DNA from: Breznakia blatticola
Lineage (GTDB): Bacteria > Bacillota_I > Bacilli_A > Erysipelotrichales > Erysipelotrichaceae
Length of the DNA stretch: 32,000 bases
Assembly (NCBI RefSeq): GCF_004365815.1
Contig: NZ_SODD01000011.1
Location: 1-32,000, forward strand
Reading direction: 5' to 3'
How positions within the stretch are numbered: position 1 is the first letter of the stretch; each line of letters opens with the position of its first letter. Shown piece after piece: positions 7,554 through 18,092 of the stretch. A program made the position numbers and the translations under genes. The notes below the pieces were generated by a model that was not told where the DNA came from, ran no database searches, and saw only the letters and a list, made by a program, of their open reading frames with translations.

Positions 7554-8978
7554 TTACGCTTTATCTAAATAGAAAAAGAAGGTTGTTCCTTTATTGACTT
7601 CGCTTTCGACACCGTATTCAACACGATGTAATTCTAAAATCCCTTTAACGATATTTAAACCAAGTCCAGTTCCAATATCTTGTCGTTTCCATTTTTTCGG
7701 TTGTTTGAAATAGCGATCCCAAATATATGGAATTTGGCTTTTCTTAATCCCTTTCCCAGTATCTGTGATTTCAATGCGGACACGATGTCCTTCATCCCGT
7801 TGATTCACATATACTTTCTTATCACTTCCAGTAAAGTGAATTGCGTTTCCTACTATATTATACACCACTTGGTTAATTCTTTCTTTATCTGCATATACAA
7901 ATAATTCTTCACTATAGTTAAATTCAATTATATAGCCATCATTTGCTAGCATCTTATTGATACGGTTGACGATATCTTGAATTGTCGTGGTGATATCAAA
8001 TTCAGCAATATGCAACTCTTGACGATTTGTTTGGATTTTTGATAGATCAAGCAAGTTATTTACCAGTTGTGTAAGTCGTTGTGCTTCATCGATAATTACC
8101 TGAATATTTTCTTTGGTATTTTCACCAGGTAAATCACGCATAACTTCTCCATACCCAGTAATCATCGTTAATGGTGTACGTAAATCATGTGATACATTTG
8201 CCATCAATTCATTACGCATCGATTCTACTTTCTTTAATTCTTCTACTGCATAATTTAACGTATCATTAAGCTCTTCAATTTCCATATACCCTCTTGCATC
8301 AAAGTGAATATCTAAATTATTTTGTGCAAGTAGTTTTGCTTTTCCATTGGTTTTCTTGATTGGATTTGCAATTGTCCAAGCAATTAAATACGCAATGATA
8401 AATGACATTGCAAGCACAACCCAAGTAATAATAAACAATTGACGCGTACTAGCTGCAACGGTTTCTGAGGTTGGTGATAATCTTGCATTCACAATAACCA
8501 TATATGTATTATCATTTTTACTTGTAATAACATTGGTTACCGTCATATTGGCAAAAGCATCAAGTGGTTTTCCACCAAACTCTAATTGTATATCTTCTAC
8601 ATCAACAAGTTCATTATCATTTTCTAATGCACCTGCATAAAGTTTACTTACATCTTGATTTGCTTGAATTGCTTCACAAGATGCATTTTCTCCTGTAGCT
8701 AATGGTAATTCTTGAAAATGTTGTGCATCTACTTTTTCAAATACTTGAATACAATAGTTTTGATTGATCGTCAAATCTTGTACATATTGATTAAATTCTT
8801 CCTGATCATCAATTCGTTTTACCATTCGAGACGCCGAACGCGTAATTTGTTGGCTTGTATAGTTTTGGTAGAATTCCTCAAAGAAGACAATTTGCATTAA
8901 CCAAAGCAGTGCAATAATAGTTGCCGCAAAGATTAAGATAAATGCCATTATTTGATTTTGTAGCTTAATTCTCTTCAA
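7554..8978 (-). CDS. sensor histidine kinase (two TM segments, ~150-aa extracytoplasmic domain, HAMP, HisKA, HATPase)
   Basis: H-box is NVSHDLRTPLT. C-terminal N/G boxes include DTGKGI and GTGLGL. The ORF-track start is a TTG at 8978 that overlaps the regulator stop. ATG 8948 is an alternative. Confidence 0.85.
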   Translation of the reverse strand: MKRIKLQNQIMAFILIFAATIIALLWLMQIVFFEEFYQNYTSQQITRSASRMVKRIDDQEEFNQYVQDLTINQNYCIQVFEKVDAQHFQELPLATGENASCEAIQANQDVSKLYAGALENDNELVDVEDIQLEFGGKPLDAFANMTVTNVITSKNDNTYMVIVNARLSPTSETVAASTRQLFIITWVVLAMSFIIAYLIAWTIANPIKKTNGKAKLLAQNNLDIHFDARGYMEIEELNDTLNYAVEELKKVESMRNELMANVSHDLRTPLTMITGYGEVMRDLPGENTKENIQVIIDEAQRLTQLVNNLLDLSKIQTNRQELHIAEFDITTTIQDIVNRINKMLANDGYIIEFNYSEELFVYADKERINQVVYNIVGNAIHFTGSDKKVYVNQRDEGHRVRIEITDTGKGIKKSQIPYIWDRYFKQPKKWKRQDIGTGLGLNIVKGILELHRVEYGVESEVNKGTTFFFYLDKA

Positions 8979-9636
8979 AACGATATCCTACCCCTCGGAT
9001 TGTCACAATATTATTACTGTATTGTCCAAGTTTTTTACGTAATAGTTTAATATGTGTATCTAGTGTACGATCATCACCAAAGAAATCATATCCCCATACC
9101 TTAGAGATAATTTGTTCTCTAGTTAAAGCGATATCTTTATTTTCAACAAGATACAACAATAAGTCATATTCTTTTGGTGACAGATTTAATGGTTCACTAT
9201 CAATTTTCACTAGGTGTGATGTATGATTGATTTCCAACGTTTTGTAGTTATACATATCAACCGTTTGATTTTTCTCATAACGTTTAAGAATCGCTGCAAT
9301 ACGCATCATCAATTCTTTTGGTGAAAATGGTTTAACCACATAGTCATCTACACCAATTTCAAATCCGTGGATACGATCATATTCTTCTCCACGTGCACTT
9401 AACATTAAAATTGGTACACCTGAAAATTTGCGGATTTCACGACATGCGCTAAATCCATCTAATTCTGGCATCATCGCATCCATTATAATTAGATCGATAC
9501 TTGGATTGAGTTTTACTTTATCAATAGCTTGCAATCCATCTTCTGCCTCTAATACTTCATATCCTTCAAACTTTGCATATTTTTTTACAATTTCTCTTAT
9601 ATTAGCTTCATCATCAACGATTAATAATTTCTTCAT
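8965..9636 (-). CDS. OmpR-family response regulator
   Basis: I prefer the MKKLLIVDDE start at 9636 because AGGAG lies upstream. The receiver Asp is in IIMDAMMP. A winged-helix C-terminus (..TIRGVGYRF) is present. Confidence 0.9.
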   Translation of the reverse strand: MKKLLIVDDEANIREIVKKYAKFEGYEVLEAEDGLQAIDKVKLNPSIDLIIMDAMMPELDGFSACREIRKFSGVPILMLSARGEEYDRIHGFEIGVDDYVVKPFSPKELMMRIAAILKRYEKNQTVDMYNYKTLEINHTSHLVKIDSEPLNLSPKEYDLLLYLVENKDIALTREQIISKVWGYDFFGDDRTLDTHIKLLRKKLGQYSNNIVTIRGVGYRFEEN

Positions 9637-9661
9637 AGTCCGTACGCTCCTAAACATATTA

Positions 9662-9693
9662 TAATACAAAAGTCCATAAAACCTATGGACTTT
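9662..9693 (-). terminator. intrinsic terminator after the glycoside hydrolase gene
   Basis: A perfect 10-bp stem pairs AAAGTCCATA (9669-9678) with TATGGACTTT (9684-9693). The loop is 5 nt and TTTTGTATT follows on the minus strand. A TATAAT for the two-component operon comes next. Confidence 0.7.
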
Positions 9694-9740
9694 CCTTGAT
9701 ATATGACTGAAGTTTTGGTGAACGTAACCTACTCAATGAC

Positions 9741-12275
9741 CTATTTTTCAGTTTCTTTTACATGATAAAGACAAACATCGGATAAAATACCCAGTCCATT
9801 ATGTGCTACATATTGTGATAAACCATCGTTTTGACTGTTTACTAACGTGTTTGTGATAAGTAGTTGCAACGTATTTGTTTGCTTGATTACATCTTTAGGA
9901 ATTACAAATCGATATGATGGTGCAATTTGTACACCACAAGAAGTACCATTGACAACTAATTCAACAACTTCATTTGCTTCTGCAATTTCAAGTATATGAT
10001 CTTGTTTAGCTAGTTTCACATCATATGTATACAACAAGTTTCCGCTAAAACGAGCAAATGCTTCACTATGTAAGGCATCTAATGATTGTACGCGTTGGTA
10101 TGAAGATTCATTATATGCTTTACATTCCAATGAGGATAGTGTATCTAACGTTTGTATAAATGTCCCTTTACTTGGTTTATATTTTGAAGCAGTTGTACTA
10201 ACGAGTACCAACATTTCATATGGTTGTAATGTAAGTTGGAAAGTAACAGAGGTTTCATCATACTTTGCATCTAGTGTATATACTTCATTAGTGGATGCAT
10301 CATAAATTGCTAGTTCTTTCGCAAAAGGTAGTTTGATTTGTGTATCAATTGTATGTGTCACACTTTCATTATTAAAAACAAACACATGACTATTTGCATG
10401 ATGCATATAATGTAGCATACTTAAGTCTTTTTCAGGTGTTTCTGTATAAGCAAGTTTATCTTTTGCGAGTTCTTGTGTTAATTGATCCAGCGTACATGTT
10501 TTCCCAATAGATTCCAATCCAGCAGGTGCTTGATGAATCCATATAATTTGCACTTCTTTTGCCAGTTTTTCTAATGTATCCATTAGTTTTTTAGGTAAAT
10601 ATGGTGTATATGGCACAACAAGTGTATGAAATCCATATTGTTCAATCCAATATTTTCCATCTTGAATAGTTGCATCAATAAGATAATCTTCACTGATGAT
10701 ATTGCAATCTATCTGATTTTGTTGGAGTGTTTTCGTTACTTTCTGCACAAACATTGTTTCACCTTGCCATTCAGCAAAGGCATGATAGAGTACACCTATT
10801 TCACACTGTTGGTGTCCATCTTGTAGTAGTTCACATAAGCGATTTGTGTATGTTGACCACTGCGTAAAGTAGGTAAACTGTGGATTGTTGCCATGCGCAT
10901 AAAAATGTGGTGGACAATCAAAATCTGGGAACTGTTTTGGACTGAATGCATGAGGCACTATCACATTTACTCCATGTACCAACATATGATTGGTAATCCA
11001 TTTCATCATCCGTAAACCTTCAACCCAACCATATGCGCCAAATGCTTCACACATCAATCTACCTTTTTTCTTTGGATCCAATTTTGCTGCAGATTGTCCT
11101 AACTTACAAAGTGCATAGTGATAAAACTCTCCATCACTTCCACCTGTTGAAAATGCAGTATGTGCATAATCCATTCCAGGAATTACTTGACCACCGATAA
11201 TATCAATACCTGCATACGTTTGACCAACTAGACTGCGAAAGTAATGTCCTGGTCCATATCCAAGACGTGCATGTGCATTATTATCTTCTATAACATGCCC
11301 AACATAATCTACATCATGTGCTGTACACCATGCACCAATGACTGCAGAGAAGTTTTTCGCATATAAATCACTTACGATATCCATATAGTAAAAACGAGCA
11401 TCATTCGCTGCTTTACTGACTCCAGTAAATAAGAATACCTCACAAATGTTTGCTTGTTGAAGCATTTCTTCAATTGTCATATTCCACGGAATAACCATAT
11501 CTGTTTTCCCAATGATACAGTTTGGTCCTTTTGCATTACCAAAACGTGGCTCATCCGAGAAAAAACCAACAATGGTTTGTCCAAACTCTTGTGAGAAATG
11601 CGACCAATGTTTCTCATATACTTCATTTAGTAAAATTTGTGTTGCTTCTTTTCTTGTTGGATCCAAGTATTCACGTGTTCCTACTTCTTGTCCGCAATAC
11701 GTTGTATATAAAACAAATACACTATAATGATCTGCATCTAATTGGATCTTTAATTTTCCATGTTCCACTTGTGCTGTAACATCTTGCAAGCTATCTTCAA
11801 TAAATGCATCTTGGCCACTTGTGTCGTTTTTTGCAATATATACTTTATATAACGCATCATTTTGATGTTCTTTATCCATCATGAGTTGTCGAAATTCCGC
11901 ATATGGTTCAATGGATAGTTCTCCTTGCATCACAGGCCCACAAATATCATAACGACGAACTTGTAAATACTGCTTTTGCAGGTGTTTTGGTACTTGTCCA
12001 TTTGCATATCCAGTTGGAAATTTCGCATCATCTAAAATCCAAAGTTTCATTTGACGCTTCTTTGCTTCTTTAATTATAAAGGCAAGATCTTCCCACCATT
12101 GATCTTGTAAGAACGCAGGATGTGGACGTGATTCAATACATAAATTGTGAATGCCACTTTCATAGATCTTTGTTATATAGTCAAGTAATATCTCGTGTGA
12201 TTCTCCATGTTGCCAAAAAAATGGAAACAGATGATTTGCTTCTTGATTCTTTAATAATGTGTTAATTTTTTCCAT
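9741..12275 (-). CDS. putative cytoplasmic glycoside hydrolase, family not recognised (844 aa)
   Basis: No signal peptide. The N-terminal block LFPFFWQHGE...CIESRPHP...WWEDL...KLWILDDAKFPTGYANG is typical of TIM-barrel glycosidase-like proteins. The C-terminus (VVELVVNGTSCGVQIAPSYRFVIP...LQLLITNTL) resembles a GH2-type sugar-binding jelly roll. The coding call is secure. The function is tentative. Confidence 0.6.
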   Translation of the reverse strand: MEKINTLLKNQEANHLFPFFWQHGESHEILLDYITKIYESGIHNLCIESRPHPAFLQDQWWEDLAFIIKEAKKRQMKLWILDDAKFPTGYANGQVPKHLQKQYLQVRRYDICGPVMQGELSIEPYAEFRQLMMDKEHQNDALYKVYIAKNDTSGQDAFIEDSLQDVTAQVEHGKLKIQLDADHYSVFVLYTTYCGQEVGTREYLDPTRKEATQILLNEVYEKHWSHFSQEFGQTIVGFFSDEPRFGNAKGPNCIIGKTDMVIPWNMTIEEMLQQANICEVFLFTGVSKAANDARFYYMDIVSDLYAKNFSAVIGAWCTAHDVDYVGHVIEDNNAHARLGYGPGHYFRSLVGQTYAGIDIIGGQVIPGMDYAHTAFSTGGSDGEFYHYALCKLGQSAAKLDPKKKGRLMCEAFGAYGWVEGLRMMKWITNHMLVHGVNVIVPHAFSPKQFPDFDCPPHFYAHGNNPQFTYFTQWSTYTNRLCELLQDGHQQCEIGVLYHAFAEWQGETMFVQKVTKTLQQNQIDCNIISEDYLIDATIQDGKYWIEQYGFHTLVVPYTPYLPKKLMDTLEKLAKEVQIIWIHQAPAGLESIGKTCTLDQLTQELAKDKLAYTETPEKDLSMLHYMHHANSHVFVFNNESVTHTIDTQIKLPFAKELAIYDASTNEVYTLDAKYDETSVTFQLTLQPYEMLVLVSTTASKYKPSKGTFIQTLDTLSSLECKAYNESSYQRVQSLDALHSEAFARFSGNLLYTYDVKLAKQDHILEIAEANEVVELVVNGTSCGVQIAPSYRFVIPKDVIKQTNTLQLLITNTLVNSQNDGLSQYVAHNGLGILSDVCLYHVKETEK

Positions 12276-12335
12276 AATTCACCTCTATTACTTCTATGAT
12301 TCATCTCGTATCACACGACATCCATCAAGCAAACC

Positions 12336-13313
12336 CTATTTTATTTCCTTCTTATACGTTTCGCGATATACACTTGGTGTCATTTGGTACTTCTTTTTGA
12401 ATATCTTATAGAAGTATGTAATATTTTCGTAGCCGACTTCTTCCATAATATCGACAACAGGCAAAGTTGTACTGACAAGTAGTTGTACCGCATTTTTTAA
12501 ACGTTCTTCTTGAACTAGTTGAATAAATGTCGATTTTGTATATTTCTTAATGACTTTACATATCTTATAATCAGCAATTCCTAATTGTTTTGATAAAACA
12601 ACGAGTGAACCTTCTTTATACTTCGTATGAACGTATTTAAGAATACGACTCATTAAGACTCTTTCACTACTTTCTGATTTATGGGTTTGAATATTTTCTG
12701 GATGATTCATCAATTCAGTTAATAGTAAACCAACCAATAGTTTTAGTGATACCCCTGCATTCAACTGTGGACGATACAGTTCGCTAATAATCAATTCGAT
12801 ATAATCTAGAGCAACTAGATTGTTGGATTCATGAAATACAAGAAACTCTTTTGTATCATCATAGGAATAGAGTGCTTGAAAGATAAAGCGTACCACTTCA
12901 TTATCCGTATCCACTATCGATGATAAAAACTCGAGAAACTCAGGTTGAATAATAAAATTAAAGATAATGTCATCTTCCCCAGTAAAGAGAATTTCATGTT
13001 CTACATTTTGATTTAATAAGATAAGTTCTCCTTGCTGGATGGTAATCTTTTTTCCACTAATCACATGTGTCATCGATCCACTATATACATACGACAATTC
13101 AATATAGTTATGTCGATGCATCGGATACTGTGCAAAACGTGCATGTTTACGCACAGAAAACAAACGATCCTCATCGTGTAATTTACGATAATCAATGACA
13201 TTTGAATTTTCATGCATATAAATCGATTTATCAATTTTATGCTTCTTATTTAAATTATCAATCTCTTCATCTGTGAATGTAATAAGTTCATCTAGTATCT
13301 CTTGTTTGATCAT
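12336..13313 (-). CDS. AraC-family transcriptional regulator (cupin sensor plus HTH_18)
   Basis: I prefer ATG 13313 (MIKQEIL) because GAGGTG lies 6 nt upstream. The cupin-like segment is HRHNYIELSYVYSG. The C-terminal AraC HTH is ...VGYENITYFYKIFKKKYQMTPSVYR. Confidence 0.85.
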   Translation of the reverse strand: MIKQEILDELITFTDEEIDNLNKKHKIDKSIYMHENSNVIDYRKLHDEDRLFSVRKHARFAQYPMHRHNYIELSYVYSGSMTHVISGKKITIQQGELILLNQNVEHEILFTGEDDIIFNFIIQPEFLEFLSSIVDTDNEVVRFIFQALYSYDDTKEFLVFHESNNLVALDYIELIISELYRPQLNAGVSLKLLVGLLLTELMNHPENIQTHKSESSERVLMSRILKYVHTKYKEGSLVVLSKQLGIADYKICKVIKKYTKSTFIQLVQEERLKNAVQLLVSTTLPVVDIMEEVGYENITYFYKIFKKKYQMTPSVYRETYKKEIK

Positions 13314-13397
13314 CGTGCACCTCATGCTTGTTACTCATAGTTTATCATAGATGCAAAGAGAAGATAAAGACGGACTATCTTTACCTTCAAAGTAATA

Positions 13398-14759
13398 TTA
13401 TGCCTCTCTATTTGCTAATACATAGGAAAGTACTGCTGAAACTACAAATGCAATAAGTGCACATGCAATAAACCCATAGAAACTAATATCAAGACCATCT
13501 GGATTAATCATTCCTGGAATTCTAAAGAATCCATCACCAACCATGGCATATAAACGTGCACCAAGTCCACCAAGAATTCCTCCTGCTAGACCTCCACCAA
13601 TCCAAGCAGCTGCAAAGCATTTAATTTGTGGTAAGGCAATTGTATAAATCGTTGGCTCGGTTACCCCACATAAACACGATGCCATCGCACCAAATCCAAT
13701 GGATTTCTTTTCTGGATCTTTCATTTTTAATGCATATCCAAGTGATACTCCTGCAAGTTCCCAAACAGTTAATCCCAAAATCGCATTGATTGGATCACTT
13801 CCCATCGTTACGATGTTATTGATTAATACTGGAATAAATGCTGCATGCAATCCAAGTAATACCATTACTTGCCAGAATGCTCCAAATAAGATTCCTCCAA
13901 TAATTGGACTAAAATCAAACACCCCAACAACAAAATCAGATAATACACTTGATACAATGTTCATAACTGGTCCAATTGCCAACCAACTTAATGGTACTGT
14001 GATCATTAATACAAGTGTTGGCACTAACATAAGTTGTAACATTTGTGGAATAATTGATTTTGCAATACGTTCTATCCATGATGCAACGTAGGATGCTAAG
14101 ATAATTGGAAATAATGTACTTGAATATGTTGCAGCTTCAATTGGTAAACCTAAAAAGTTAAGTGCTTGTTCACCATTTACAGCAGCAACTAAATCTGGAT
14201 ATACAAGTGCTGCTCCAATTGCAGCCGTAACATATGGATTGCATCGAAATACTTTACCTGCAGAAAACCCAACAATAATTGGCATAAAGTATAATACTGC
14301 ATCAGATGCTGCATATAAAACAAGATACACTCCATCTGTTTTTGCAATTAGTTCAAATGTGACTGCTAGAGTTAATAATCCTTTGATAATTCCTCCTGCA
14401 ATCATTGGTCCAATAATTGGCATGATGCAACCAGAGATCATTTTAAAGAAACGATCAAATAATGAACCTTCATTTTCCCTTGATGGCATGCTTTCTGTTT
14501 GCACACCAATGATATTCTCTACTTCTTTAATTACTTCATTTACATGAGTTCCAATAATTACTTGATATTGACCACCTTTGTTCATGACACCCTTTACACC
14601 AGGAATTGCTTTTATTTCTTCCTCATTTGGAATACAGTCATCTTTTAAAACGAATCGCAAACGTGTCATACAATTGGTAACGCTTTGAATGTTTTCTTTT
14701 TGGCCAACAGCAGCTACGACTTCTTGTGCAAGTTGGCTATAATTATTCTTCTTTGCCAT
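13398..14759 (-). CDS. PTS EIIBC component, glucose/sucrose/beta-glucoside superfamily (no EIIA domain)
   Basis: The EIIB active-site context is VTNCMTRLRF, followed by about 10 TM segments of EIIC. At 453 aa there is no room for an EIIA domain. Confidence 0.88.
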   Translation of the reverse strand: MAKKNNYSQLAQEVVAAVGQKENIQSVTNCMTRLRFVLKDDCIPNEEEIKAIPGVKGVMNKGGQYQVIIGTHVNEVIKEVENIIGVQTESMPSRENEGSLFDRFFKMISGCIMPIIGPMIAGGIIKGLLTLAVTFELIAKTDGVYLVLYAASDAVLYFMPIIVGFSAGKVFRCNPYVTAAIGAALVYPDLVAAVNGEQALNFLGLPIEAATYSSTLFPIILASYVASWIERIAKSIIPQMLQLMLVPTLVLMITVPLSWLAIGPVMNIVSSVLSDFVVGVFDFSPIIGGILFGAFWQVMVLLGLHAAFIPVLINNIVTMGSDPINAILGLTVWELAGVSLGYALKMKDPEKKSIGFGAMASCLCGVTEPTIYTIALPQIKCFAAAWIGGGLAGGILGGLGARLYAMVGDGFFRIPGMINPDGLDISFYGFIACALIAFVVSAVLSYVLANREA

Positions 14760-14869
14760 ATTCTACTCCTTATCATCATCTTACTGTCACTTTGGTACCT
14801 TGACAACCACAGTATAGCAAGAGTTTATATAGGCAAAAATATCTCATCTTGGTTTATTGATTATCCTTT

Positions 14870-14917
14870 TTTGCAAAAAGAAAGATACAGCATTCATCAT
14901 TAAACCGTATCTTTCTT
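14870..14917 (-). terminator. intrinsic terminator of pstSCAB-phoU
   Basis: An 11-bp stem pairs 14878-14888 with 14907-14917 (AAGAAAGATAC / GTATCTTTCTT). The loop is 18 nt and TTTTT follows on the minus strand. Confidence 0.6.
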
Positions 14918-14924
14918 CTTTAGA

Positions 14925-15575
14925 TTATTCTTCTTTGTCAAAATCGTATTGGATTCCTTTACATAAGTAAACGATATGTTCACATATATTTACTGCATGA
15001 TCACTACTGCGACCAATCGTACGATACAGTGCAGATAAGTTAAATGCATCTTCTAAGTCTGCAACATTGTTTTTAATCACAATCTTACGGAAATCTTGTA
15101 AGAGTGCTTCAAGTTCTTTATCTTGTGTTGGAATTTCATATGCCAAGGAAACATCTTTTTGTTTATAGGCAATCATGATATCCTCTAACATTTTCACCAA
15201 TCTTTGTTGGATGAAACTTGCTTCTTTTAATATTTTTAATGTTGCTGGATTATCTAAATTCTTAATCACAAACTTTGCCATGCTTTTCGCATAATCCCCA
15301 ATTCTTTCTAAGTCTGAAGCAATCTTGATTGCGACAATCACACGACGTAAATCTGTCGCAATTGGACGCAACAAGACAATATCGGCAATTGCTTGTTCAT
15401 TGATGTTTGTTTCATAGTTATTGATGATTTCATCATTGTGCATTACTTGTCGAGCAAGTGATTTCTCTGGATGTTCAAATAACACTTCACAGTTTTTATG
15501 TTGTTCGATAACTTGTCTTCCCATGTGTCGAACACTGGTTTCAAGTTTTTCTAGTTTACGATCTAATTTCAGCAT
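14925..15575 (-). CDS. phoU: phosphate signalling complex protein PhoU
   Basis: Two PhoU repeats are present (...DLERIGDYA... and ...RSSDHAVNI...). The gene lies immediately after pstB. Confidence 0.92.
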   Translation of the reverse strand: MLKLDRKLEKLETSVRHMGRQVIEQHKNCEVLFEHPEKSLARQVMHNDEIINNYETNINEQAIADIVLLRPIATDLRRVIVAIKIASDLERIGDYAKSMAKFVIKNLDNPATLKILKEASFIQQRLVKMLEDIMIAYKQKDVSLAYEIPTQDKELEALLQDFRKIVIKNNVADLEDAFNLSALYRTIGRSSDHAVNICEHIVYLCKGIQYDFDKEE

Positions 15576-15587
15576 AACATCCTCCTT

Positions 15588-16346
15588 TTACCCAAATCTA
15601 CCAGTAATATATTCTTCTGTTTTCTTATTTTTTGGATTGGAGAAAATATTCAATGTACTATCAAATTCTACAATTTCCCCCAATAAGAAGAACGCTGTAT
15701 CATCACTAACTCTTGATGCTTGTTGCATCGAGTGTGTAACAATCAAAATCGTATAATCCTTTTTGAGGATATCAATCAGTTCTTCAATTTTTTGTGTTGC
15801 AATTGGATCTAGTGCACTAGTAGGTTCATCCATTAAGATGACTTCTGGTTTCATGGCAATTGCACGGGCAATACACAAACGTTGTTGCTGTCCACCAGAC
15901 ATACCTAATGCATTTTTATTTAATCTATCTTTTACATCATCCCATAACGCTGCAGCCTTTAAGGAGCTTTCAACGATTTCATCTAGTATCTTCTTATCCT
16001 TTACACCCTGACAACGTGGCCCATAAGCAATGTTGTCATAAATACTCATTGGAAACGGATTTGGTTTTTGGAATACCATTCCAACTTTTGTCCGTAAATC
16101 AATCGTATTTATTTTATCAGACAGTATATTTTTACCATCCATATTGATTTCACCAGTAATCTTTACCCCATCTACTAAATCGTTCATCCGATTCAGTGTT
16201 CTTAGAAACGTTGACTTTCCACATCCAGAAGGACCGATGAGTGCAGTTACACGGTTTGCTTTTATGTTGATATTCAAATCCTTTAGTGCTTGAAAATCAC
16301 CATAATACAAATTTAAATGTTTTACCTCAAATTTAATATCTTCCAT
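15588..16346 (-). CDS. pstB: phosphate ABC transporter ATP-binding protein
   Basis: Walker A is GPSGCGKST, the signature is [14 protein letters not shown] and Walker B is ILMDEP. A PstB-typical N-terminus is also present. Confidence 0.95.
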   Translation of the reverse strand: MEDIKFEVKHLNLYYGDFQALKDLNINIKANRVTALIGPSGCGKSTFLRTLNRMNDLVDGVKITGEINMDGKNILSDKINTIDLRTKVGMVFQKPNPFPMSIYDNIAYGPRCQGVKDKKILDEIVESSLKAAALWDDVKDRLNKNALGMSGGQQQRLCIARAIAMKPEVILMDEPTSALDPIATQKIEELIDILKKDYTILIVTHSMQQASRVSDDTAFFLLGEIVEFDSTLNIFSNPKNKKTEEYITGRFG

Positions 16347-16347
16347 A

Positions 16348-17199
16348 TTATCCTACTTTCTTCTGAATTCGTCTAGCAACCAATTTTACAATAAGATTCA
16401 ATGCAACAATTACCAATATTAGAATGGTAGCCGTCGCAAATGCTTGCGCTCTTTGCTCATCACTGACACCTTCACTTGCTAGATAGTAAAGGTGGGTTGT
16501 TAGTGTTCTTGATGAAGAGAATATCCCTTCAGGCATATAGTACACCATACCAGCGGTTAGTAATAACGGTGCACTTTCACTAACGATTCGACCAATCGCT
16601 AAGATGATAGCGCTAATAATTCCATTCAAACTTGTTGGTAAAATAACTTTAAAGATGGTTTGTACCTTGCTTGCACCTAGTGCATAACTTGCTTCTCTAA
16701 GTTCATTTGGAATGGTTTTTAACGTTTCTTCAATCGTTTTAATCAGGACCGGTAAAATCATAATTGATAAGGTTAAAGATCCTGATAAAATGGAATATCC
16801 ATTTGTGAATGGTTGTAAGATTGTCACAAACAAACTAAATCCAAAAAGTCCATAGACAATACTTGGAACACTGGCTAATCCATCAATGGCAAAGCGAATA
16901 ACTTCGGTAATTTTGTTTGCTTTTGCATACTCATGTAAATAGAGTGCACTACATATCGATATTGGTGTCGCAATAAGTAAGGTTACACCAACCGTGTATA
17001 AAGTTCCCACTAACATTGGTAAGATTCCACTATTTGGATCACTTGGACTAAAACTGTTTGTTAGAAAATCCCAACTTACATGCGACAGTCCTTTTCGTAA
17101 AACAAATACGATAATTACAACAAGTGAAATAATACTAATTGCACTTGCTAAAAAGATAAACAGGTATTGGATACCATCCATAATTGTTCGTTTTTTCAT
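16348..17199 (-). CDS. pstA: phosphate ABC transporter permease PstA
   Basis: Polytopic permease with an EAA-loop ([21 protein letters not shown]). The start overlaps pstC in an ATGA. Confidence 0.9.
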   Translation of the reverse strand: MKKRTIMDGIQYLFIFLASAISIISLVVIIVFVLRKGLSHVSWDFLTNSFSPSDPNSGILPMLVGTLYTVGVTLLIATPISICSALYLHEYAKANKITEVIRFAIDGLASVPSIVYGLFGFSLFVTILQPFTNGYSILSGSLTLSIMILPVLIKTIEETLKTIPNELREASYALGASKVQTIFKVILPTSLNGIISAIILAIGRIVSESAPLLLTAGMVYYMPEGIFSSSRTLTTHLYYLASEGVSDEQRAQAFATATILILVIVALNLIVKLVARRIQKKVG

Positions 17200-18089
17200 G
17201 AATGTGCCACCCCTTTTCGTTTTACTCTAAGTATGATGATATTGATCAAACACACAAAGATAAAAAGGACAACCCCAGTAGCAAACAGTGCCGCTTCATG
17301 GGTTCCACTAGCATATGCAAGTTCCATAATAATGTTACCTGTTAAAGTTCTTCCACCATTTAGATATGCTTCACTAATTGGAATAAGCTGTGGCATCATA
17401 TTGGCATTTCCTGCTACTAACATAACTGCCATGGTTTCTCCTAGTGCTCTTCCTAAACCTAGAAGAAACGATGTCAGTATTCCACTTTTTGCATATGGTA
17501 TTTTGGTTTTCATAATGGTTTGCATCTTTGTTGCTCCTAGTGCAAGAGAACCTTCATCAATTGTTTTTGGTACCGCTTTTAGTGCACTTGTCGATAAGGA
17601 TACAACCGTTGGTAATATCATTAGCGCCAAAATCAATGATGCCGTAAACAGTGTTGTTCCACTACGAATGTTAAATAGTTTTTGCACAAATGGAACCATT
17701 ACAGTTAATCCAAAAAATCCATAGATCACACTTGGAATCGATGCGAGTATTTCTACTGCAAATAAGACAAAACTTGCAATTTTCTTGGGTGCGATTTCGC
17801 TAATAAAGATTGCTGTATATAAACCAACCGGTATTCCAATCAAACATGCAAGAATCGTTGTAAGAATACTTGCCACAACAAAGGATGCAATTCCAAATTG
17901 TTCAGTTGATGGAGACCATACATCCGATGTAATAAATTCAATAATATTTACTTCTTTAAATAATGGTAATGCTTTTAATAAAGTGAAAATAAGAATGGCA
18001 GCTAATGCAATGACAGAGATACAAGTAAAAAAGAAAACAACGGTTTTAAAGATTGCATCGATTCTTAATTTTGAATGCATACGTTTCAT
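17196..18089 (-). CDS. pstC: phosphate ABC transporter permease PstC
   Basis: Polytopic permease with an EAA-loop (DEGSLALGATKMQTIMKTKIP). It starts 3 nt after pstS. Confidence 0.9.
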   Translation of the reverse strand: MKRMHSKLRIDAIFKTVVFFFTCISVIALAAILIFTLLKALPLFKEVNIIEFITSDVWSPSTEQFGIASFVVASILTTILACLIGIPVGLYTAIFISEIAPKKIASFVLFAVEILASIPSVIYGFFGLTVMVPFVQKLFNIRSGTTLFTASLILALMILPTVVSLSTSALKAVPKTIDEGSLALGATKMQTIMKTKIPYAKSGILTSFLLGLGRALGETMAVMLVAGNANMMPQLIPISEAYLNGGRTLTGNIIMELAYASGTHEAALFATGVVLFIFVCLINIIILRVKRKGVAHS

Positions 18090-18092
18090 TCA

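Noticed and set aside
13699-14547. 130-aa and 102-aa plus-strand ORFs
   Set aside because: They are antisense to the PTS EIIC domain. The long open frame is a codon-bias artefact.
14785-14805. Inverted repeat TGTCA-N11-TGACA (centred near a GGTACC) between the PTS -10 (TGcTATACT) and the SD, considered as a cre/CcpA site
   Set aside because: It lacks the conserved central CG and the TGWAA...TTWCA arms of cre. It may be an operator, but I cannot support any specific call.
17167-17724. 185-aa plus-strand ORF
   Set aside because: It is antisense to pstA/pstC, which have unmistakable permease motifs. No SD is present.
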